Assembly: GCA_963700145.1 (NCBI GenBank)
Contig: OY969474.1
Coordinates: 3,840,001-3,904,000, forward strand
Direction of reading: 5' to 3'
Origin: an uncultured Acidobacteriota bacterium
GTDB lineage: Bacteria > Acidobacteriota > Thermoanaerobaculia > Multivoradales > UBA5704
DNA length: 64,000 nucleotides
Made by a program: the position numbers and the translations under genes. The notes below the pieces were generated by a model that did not search any database, was not told where the DNA came from, and saw only the letters and a list, made by a program, of their open reading frames with translations. This document shows, piece after piece, positions 59,362 through 64,000 of this stretch. Positions within the stretch are counted from its first letter, which is position 1, and every line of letters starts with the position of its first letter.

Positions 59362-60174
59362 ATGGGACGCCTCCGGCTCGCCGTCGTCGCCGCGGCGTGG
59401 CTGCTCGCTCCGGCGGGCGGCGCCGCGGCGCACGACTTCTGGATCGAGCCGTCGCTCTTCCGGCCGGCGCCGGGGGAGAAGATCGCCGTCCGCCTGCGTG
59501 TCGGCGACACCTTCCCCGGCGAGGCGGTGCCGCGCTGGCCGGAGCGCATCGAGCGCTTCGTACTGGTCGGACCGGCGGGGGAAGCCGAGGTCTTAGGCCT
59601 CCCCCGGATGGACCCGGCCGGCTTCGTGGTCGCGGCCGAGCCGGGCCTCCACCTGCTGGTCTACGACAGCAACCACGCGCGGCTGACGCTGGAAGGCGAC
59701 CGCTTCGAGCAGCACCTCGCCGAGCAGGGGCTCGAGCGGGTGAGCGCGCTGCGCAAGGAGCGCGGCGAGAGCGCCAAGACGGCGCGCGAGATCTACTCGC
59801 GCTGCGCCAAGGCGCTGCTCCAGGTGGGGAAGAAGGAGGCCGGGCAGGGAGGGCACGACCGCCGGTTGGGCCTGGAGCTGGAGCTCGTGCCGCTCGCCGA
59901 TCCCTACACGCTCGCCGGTGGCGGCCCGCTGCCGCTGCTGCTCCTCTACCAGGGAAAGCCGCTGGCCGGCGCGCGCGTCGAGGCGCGGACGCCGGCGGGC
60001 GCGGCCCCGGTCTCCGGCCGCACCGACGCCGACGGGCGCCTCGTCCTCTCCCTGCCCGGCCCCGGCTTCTGGCTGGTCAAGGCCGTCCACATGGTCGAGG
60101 CCCCGGCGGGCAAGGACGCCGACTGGGAGAGCTTCTGGGCCTCGCTGACCTTCGAGGTGCCCGCGGCGCAATAG
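59362..60174 (+). CDS. DUF4198 domain secreted protein
   Basis: AHDFWIEPS, YSRCAKAL, GLELELVP, DWESFWASLTF. Confidence 0.9.
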   Translation: MGRLRLAVVAAAWLLAPAGGAAAHDFWIEPSLFRPAPGEKIAVRLRVGDTFPGEAVPRWPERIERFVLVGPAGEAEVLGLPRMDPAGFVVAAEPGLHLLVYDSNHARLTLEGDRFEQHLAEQGLERVSALRKERGESAKTAREIYSRCAKALLQVGKKEAGQGGHDRRLGLELELVPLADPYTLAGGGPLPLLLLYQGKPLAGARVEARTPAGAAPVSGRTDADGRLVLSLPGPGFWLVKAVHMVEAPAGKDADWESFWASLTFEVPAAQ

Positions 60175-60180
60175 AGAAAG

Positions 60181-60207
60181 GCGGGGCCGGCACGGCGCCG
60201 GCCCCGC
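60181..60207. terminator. Hairpin between convergent genes
   Basis: GCGGGGCCGGC-N5-GCCGGCCCCGC. Confidence 0.5.
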
Positions 60208-60219
60208 GCGGTCGGGGCG

Positions 60220-61242
60220 TCAGTAGCAGGTGTTCCAGGGGTACCAGGGGTCGTAGCAGGAGCTGGACGTCCAGTCGTAGCAGGAGAAGAACAGGTACTC
60301 GTAGCCCCACAGCTCGTCGCTGTAGCTGCCGTCGCACTGCGTCGTCCGCCGGTAGACATCGCGGCGGTAGACGTGCTCGACCCGGACGTGCCAGAGGCCG
60401 TCGTACCAGTACCAGATCTGGTCGGGATAGCAGATCTGGTCCCACCAGTAGACGTTGCTGCCGAGGTAGTACCAGCCGGTCGCCCAGTAGCTCACCGTCG
60501 GTCCTTCGCAGGGGGGCGGCGGGGGCGGCGGGTCGCAGCTCTCCAGGCAGTCCTGGTACTCGATCTCGCACTGCTCGCACCAGTCCATGCCCTCGCAGTA
60601 GGTGGCGTAGCACTGGTCGCGCTGCATCTGGCAGGTCTCTTCGCAGGTGGCTTCGGCGACGAACGTCTTGTCGGCGCTGGTCAGTGCCCTGATCTTGATC
60701 TTCGGCAGGTCCCGCTTCCCTTGCCCCGCGACCTGCGACTTGATGACCTCGGGGCGGAAGGGCGCCGCGAGCAGCGTCCGGCTCTCCTGCTCGAGCTCGG
60801 CGAAGGAGACGCTGCGCTGGAGCGAGCCGTCCTGCCAGACCTCGACGCGGACGCGGTCGGGCGCGGCGCGGCCGATCGCGGCCAGGAGCTTGCGCTCCGC
60901 GGGACGCATGGCGAGGAGCTCGACGACCGTCCGCGGGTTCAGCGCGTCGGCCGGCTTGGCGGGGGGCTGGAGGGACTTGAGCGGCAGCACCTCGGTCAGG
61001 TGGCGCTGCCCGTCGAGGAAGTAGCGCAGCTCGACGTCGGCCTGGCCGGCGAGCGCTTCGGCGTCGAAGAACAGGTGGTCGCCGGCCGAGCGCGGAAGCT
61101 GCCCGGCGGGCGCGAACTCGTGGTTCTTGGTGTTGGCGGGAGAGCACTGGAGCGGGGCCCCGCTCAGCGTGAACGAGGCCTCCGCGCGGGCGAGCGAGGG
61201 GACGACCATCAGCAGACAGAGAGCGATCGTTAGCCGCTTCAT
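60220..61242 (-). CDS. Secreted protein with a Cys/Trp/Tyr-rich C-terminal region
   Basis: SD GAGGAGG; signal peptide ending ARA; C-terminal region with many Cys and aromatic residues. Confidence 0.78.
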   Translation of the reverse strand: MKRLTIALCLLMVVPSLARAEASFTLSGAPLQCSPANTKNHEFAPAGQLPRSAGDHLFFDAEALAGQADVELRYFLDGQRHLTEVLPLKSLQPPAKPADALNPRTVVELLAMRPAERKLLAAIGRAAPDRVRVEVWQDGSLQRSVSFAELEQESRTLLAAPFRPEVIKSQVAGQGKRDLPKIKIRALTSADKTFVAEATCEETCQMQRDQCYATYCEGMDWCEQCEIEYQDCLESCDPPPPPPPCEGPTVSYWATGWYYLGSNVYWWDQICYPDQIWYWYDGLWHVRVEHVYRRDVYRRTTQCDGSYSDELWGYEYLFFSCYDWTSSSCYDPWYPWNTCY

Positions 61243-61484
61243 TCCGAATCCTCCTCAGGTCGCGAGTCGTTCGTGAAAAAAGCGCCACACAAGGATGGAG
61301 GTCGCCCGGACCCTCCCCCCTGGGAGGCGAACGGCAGCGCAGCGGCGCCGGCGAGGAAGAGAAGCAGGGCATAAGGGATCAGGAGAAGCAGCGAAGACAG
61401 CGATATTGAACTAAGCAAAAGTCACGCCTGAGGGCGGGAACCTTCCTGCTACGCTAGCCGCGGGCAGGGCACGGAGGGCATCCG

Positions 61485-61988
61485 ATGCACACGTCCGAGC
61501 GTTGGCGGCACCTGCGGCGCCGCTGGGACATTTCCACCTACTACCAGCGCTTCGAGAGTCTGGTCGCGTTCGTCCTCACGGTCCTCATCAGCGGGATCGT
61601 CCTCGTCGCCTTGTATCGCCTGTCGGTCGGCGTCATCGCCAGCCTGGTGTTCGGCGCCCTCGACCCGCTCGACCACAAGGTCTTCCAGTCGATCTTCGGC
61701 GAGATCATGACGCTGCTCATCGCGCTGGAGTTCAACCACACCCTGCAGTACGTTGTGGCGAAAGAAGAGAGCATCATCCAGACGAAGGTCGTGCTGCTCA
61801 TCGCCCTCTTGGCCCTCGCGCGCAAGCTCATCATCTTCGACGTCCGCGAGCTGAGCCCCGACCAGCTCCTCGGGCTGGCCGCGGTCACCCTGGCCCTGGG
61901 GATCACCTACTGGCTGATGCGGGAGCGCGACGACCGGGCGCTGCAGGCCGCGGCCGGCCGGCCGGCGACCCCGGGGAGCCCGGCCTGA
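61485..61988 (+). CDS. psiE: Phosphate-starvation-inducible PsiE family membrane protein
   Basis: FGEIMTLLIALEF, VLLIALLALARKLII; four TM segments. Confidence 0.82.
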   Translation: MHTSERWRHLRRRWDISTYYQRFESLVAFVLTVLISGIVLVALYRLSVGVIASLVFGALDPLDHKVFQSIFGEIMTLLIALEFNHTLQYVVAKEESIIQTKVVLLIALLALARKLIIFDVRELSPDQLLGLAAVTLALGITYWLMRERDDRALQAAAGRPATPGSPA

Positions 61989-62380
61989 CGACGCGAGAAG
62001 ATCCGCGCCTCGCGCGCTTCACCGGAATCTGCCTCGCCCTCCCGGAGGCGACGCGCGAGGACCAGGGCCGGCACGCCGCCTTCCTGGTGCGCAAGAGGAC
62101 CTTCGCCTACTACCTCGACGACCACCACGGCGACGGCATCGTCGCCGTCACCGCCAAGGCCCCGCTCGGCGAGAACGCCGACCTCGTCGCCCACGACCCC
62201 GAGAGGTACTACCTGCCCGCCTACATCGGCCCCAAAGGCTGGGTGGCGCTCCGCCTCGACCGCGGCCGGATCGACTGGCAGGAGGTCGCCGACCTCGTGA
62301 CCACAAGCTACCGCCTCGTCGCCCCCAAACGGCTGGCGGCGCAGGCTGCCGGCATGGGAAGTGCCTCCCCTGGGGGCTAA
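61985..62380 (+). CDS. MmcQ/YjbR family protein
   Basis: ICLALPEA, AYYLDDHHGDG, PAYIGPKGWV, SYRLVAPKRL; probable CTG start at 61985. Confidence 0.78.
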   Translation: MTTREDPRLARFTGICLALPEATREDQGRHAAFLVRKRTFAYYLDDHHGDGIVAVTAKAPLGENADLVAHDPERYYLPAYIGPKGWVALRLDRGRIDWQEVADLVTTSYRLVAPKRLAAQAAGMGSASPGG

Positions 62381-62389
62381 TATGGAGCC

Positions 62390-62728
62390 ATGGTTAAGAA
62401 GAAGGTTCCTCAGTTCGCCAACGAAGACGAGGAACGTGCGTTCTGGTCGGAGCACGACTCCACGGAATACCTCGACTGGTCGCACGCCCGCAGGGCCTCC
62501 GCACCGCACCGCCAACCTCCCGCATTCGTCCTCTGTCTGGAGCACGGTGGTTATGAGGCCTCGCTCGAGCCTCGGAAGGTCTACCGGGCAGTAGCAGATT
62601 CCGAGGCCGAGGCCCATGGCTTGATTCGGGTCATCGACGAATCTGGCGAGGATTACCTCTTCCCTGCCCATCTCTTCGTCCGCATTCAGGTTCCGGAGCA
62701 AGCCGAGAAGGCCTTCGCAGTCGGCTGA
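62390..62728 (+). CDS. Chimeric antitoxin-like protein
   Basis: PQFANEDEERAFWSEHDSTEYLDW (CopG/BrnA-like N-terminus) joined to YEASLEPRKVY...RVIDESGEDYLFP. Confidence 0.62.
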   Translation: MVKKKVPQFANEDEERAFWSEHDSTEYLDWSHARRASAPHRQPPAFVLCLEHGGYEASLEPRKVYRAVADSEAEAHGLIRVIDESGEDYLFPAHLFVRIQVPEQAEKAFAVG

Positions 62729-62770
62729 CGGGCCCGGCGCGCCAAAGGCGCGCTGCTAGAGTCGCGGACG

Positions 62771-63796
62771 ATGCCCCTCGAGGCCGTCGTCGCTCCGAAC
62801 GAAGTTTCGGGCCCTCTTGCGGGGCTCCGCGCCCGCGCCCGCGGCGGGCCGCGGGCGGTGGTGGTGTTGGCAGAGGGGGAGGACCCGCGGGTGGTGCGGG
62901 CGGCGGCGGTGGCGGGGCGGGAGGGGATCTGCCGGCCGCTGCTGGTGGGGGCGCCGGAGCGGGTGGCGCTGGCGGCGGCGGAGGCAGGGGTGGAGGTGCC
63001 GGGGGACGTGATGGACCCGGCGGCCGATCCTTTCTTGCCTGAGCTGACCGAGCACCTTGCCCGCCGGCTCGGCGATCAGGCCGCATTGGCCCCCGAGCTG
63101 GTCCGCGATCCGCTCCATTACGCCTGCCTGCTGGTGGCAACGGGCCGCGCCGGCGGGGCGGTGATGGGGGCGGTGGCGCCGACGGCGCAGACGGTGCGCG
63201 CGGCCCTGCGCGCCATCGGGCCCCGACCCGGCCTGCGAGTGGTCTCCTCCTGCTTCCTCATGGTCCTCCCCGACGGCCGCGCCCTGGTCTACAGCGACTG
63301 CGGCGTCGTCCCCGACCCGACGCCGGCGGCGCTGGCGGACATCGCCGAGGCGGCGGCGGGGAGCTGCCGGGTGCTGCTGGGGGAGGAGCCGCGGGTGGCG
63401 CTTCTCTCCTTCTCGACGCACGGCAGCGCCGCGCACCCGCGGGTCGAGAAGGTGCGGCGGGCGGTGGAGCTGCTGCGGGAGCGGGGGGTCGCCTTCGCCT
63501 TCGACGGCGAGCTCCAGGCCGACGCGGCGCTGGTGCCGGAGGTGGCGCGGCGGAAGGCGCCGGGGAGCCCGCTGGGCGGCGACGCCAACGTGCTGGTCTT
63601 TCCCGACCTCGACTCCGGAAACATCGCCTACAAGCTGACCGAGCGGCTGGCCGGGGCGCGAGCGATCGGGCCGCTGCTGCAGGGTCTCGCCAAGCCGGTG
63701 CACGACCTGTCGCGCGGCTGCTGCGCCGAAGACATCGTGGACGTGCTGGCGGTGGCGGCGCTCGAGGCGCAGGCGGCGGCGGGAAGCGCCGGATGA
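62771..63796 (+). CDS. pta: Phosphate acetyltransferase
   Basis: [45 protein letters not shown]. Confidence 0.93.
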   Translation: MPLEAVVAPNEVSGPLAGLRARARGGPRAVVVLAEGEDPRVVRAAAVAGREGICRPLLVGAPERVALAAAEAGVEVPGDVMDPAADPFLPELTEHLARRLGDQAALAPELVRDPLHYACLLVATGRAGGAVMGAVAPTAQTVRAALRAIGPRPGLRVVSSCFLMVLPDGRALVYSDCGVVPDPTPAALADIAEAAAGSCRVLLGEEPRVALLSFSTHGSAAHPRVEKVRRAVELLRERGVAFAFDGELQADAALVPEVARRKAPGSPLGGDANVLVFPDLDSGNIAYKLTERLAGARAIGPLLQGLAKPVHDLSRGCCAEDIVDVLAVAALEAQAAAGSAG

Positions 63797-64000
63797 GAGT
63801 CCTCGTCGTCGGCGGCGGGGGCCGCGAGCACGCGCTCTGCTGGAAGCTGCGGCAGAGCCCGGAATGCGACGAGCTGTACTGCGCGCCGGGGAACCCGGGG
63901 ATCGCGGACGTCGCCGACCGGGTGCCGATCGCCGCCGAGGAGATCGTACGGCTGGCCGACTTCGCGCGCGACATGCGGATCGACCTGACGGTCGTGGGGC
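63793..64000 (+). CDS. purD: Phosphoribosylamine-glycine ligase, N-terminal part (runs off the window)
   Basis: Own translation: [23 protein letters not shown]...CAPGNPGI...IDLTVVG. Confidence 0.93.
   Translation, partial: MRVLVVGGGGREHALCWKLRQSPECDELYCAPGNPGIADVADRVPIAAEEIVRLADFARDMRIDLTVVG

Overview
Very GC-rich bacterial DNA. The gene families suggest Acidobacteriota/Thermoanaerobaculia or a similar lineage, but this is inference only. All calls come from motif recognition by eye; no searches were run. Left to right: (1) 5' end of a TonB-dependent receptor, then an ArsR-SRPBCC operon; (2) an atypical gas-vesicle-like operon (2.5-11.2 kb) with three GvpA-family genes, three GvpF/L, GvpG and GvpK, no visible GvpN/GvpC/GvpO, an embedded PAS histidine kinase plus receiver, and a tandem-domain ArsA/Get3-type ATPase whose only well-placed start is GTA; (3) a 600-bp intergenic stretch holding three different long inverted repeats; (4) a complete sufR-BCDSUT operon; (5) metabolic and envelope genes, including a 2010-aa TamB-Omp85 fusion, M14 peptidases, sodC and a cyclophilin; (6) a decayed accessory region (about 46.3-56.7 kb) with a small secreted DPNG-motif protein, TPR proteins, a leaderless HTH gene, an array of 21-bp palindromic repeats in front of a small helical protein gene, phage-like remnants, toxin-antitoxin pieces and a tectonin lipoprotein; (7) DUF4331/DUF4198, psiE, pta and the start of purD. 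No rRNA, tRNA, CRISPR array, integrase or transposase was seen. The best candidates for undescribed systems are the GvpN-less, Get3-containing gvp operon, the 21-bp palindrome array with its gene, and the DPNG peptide/TPR/HTH module.
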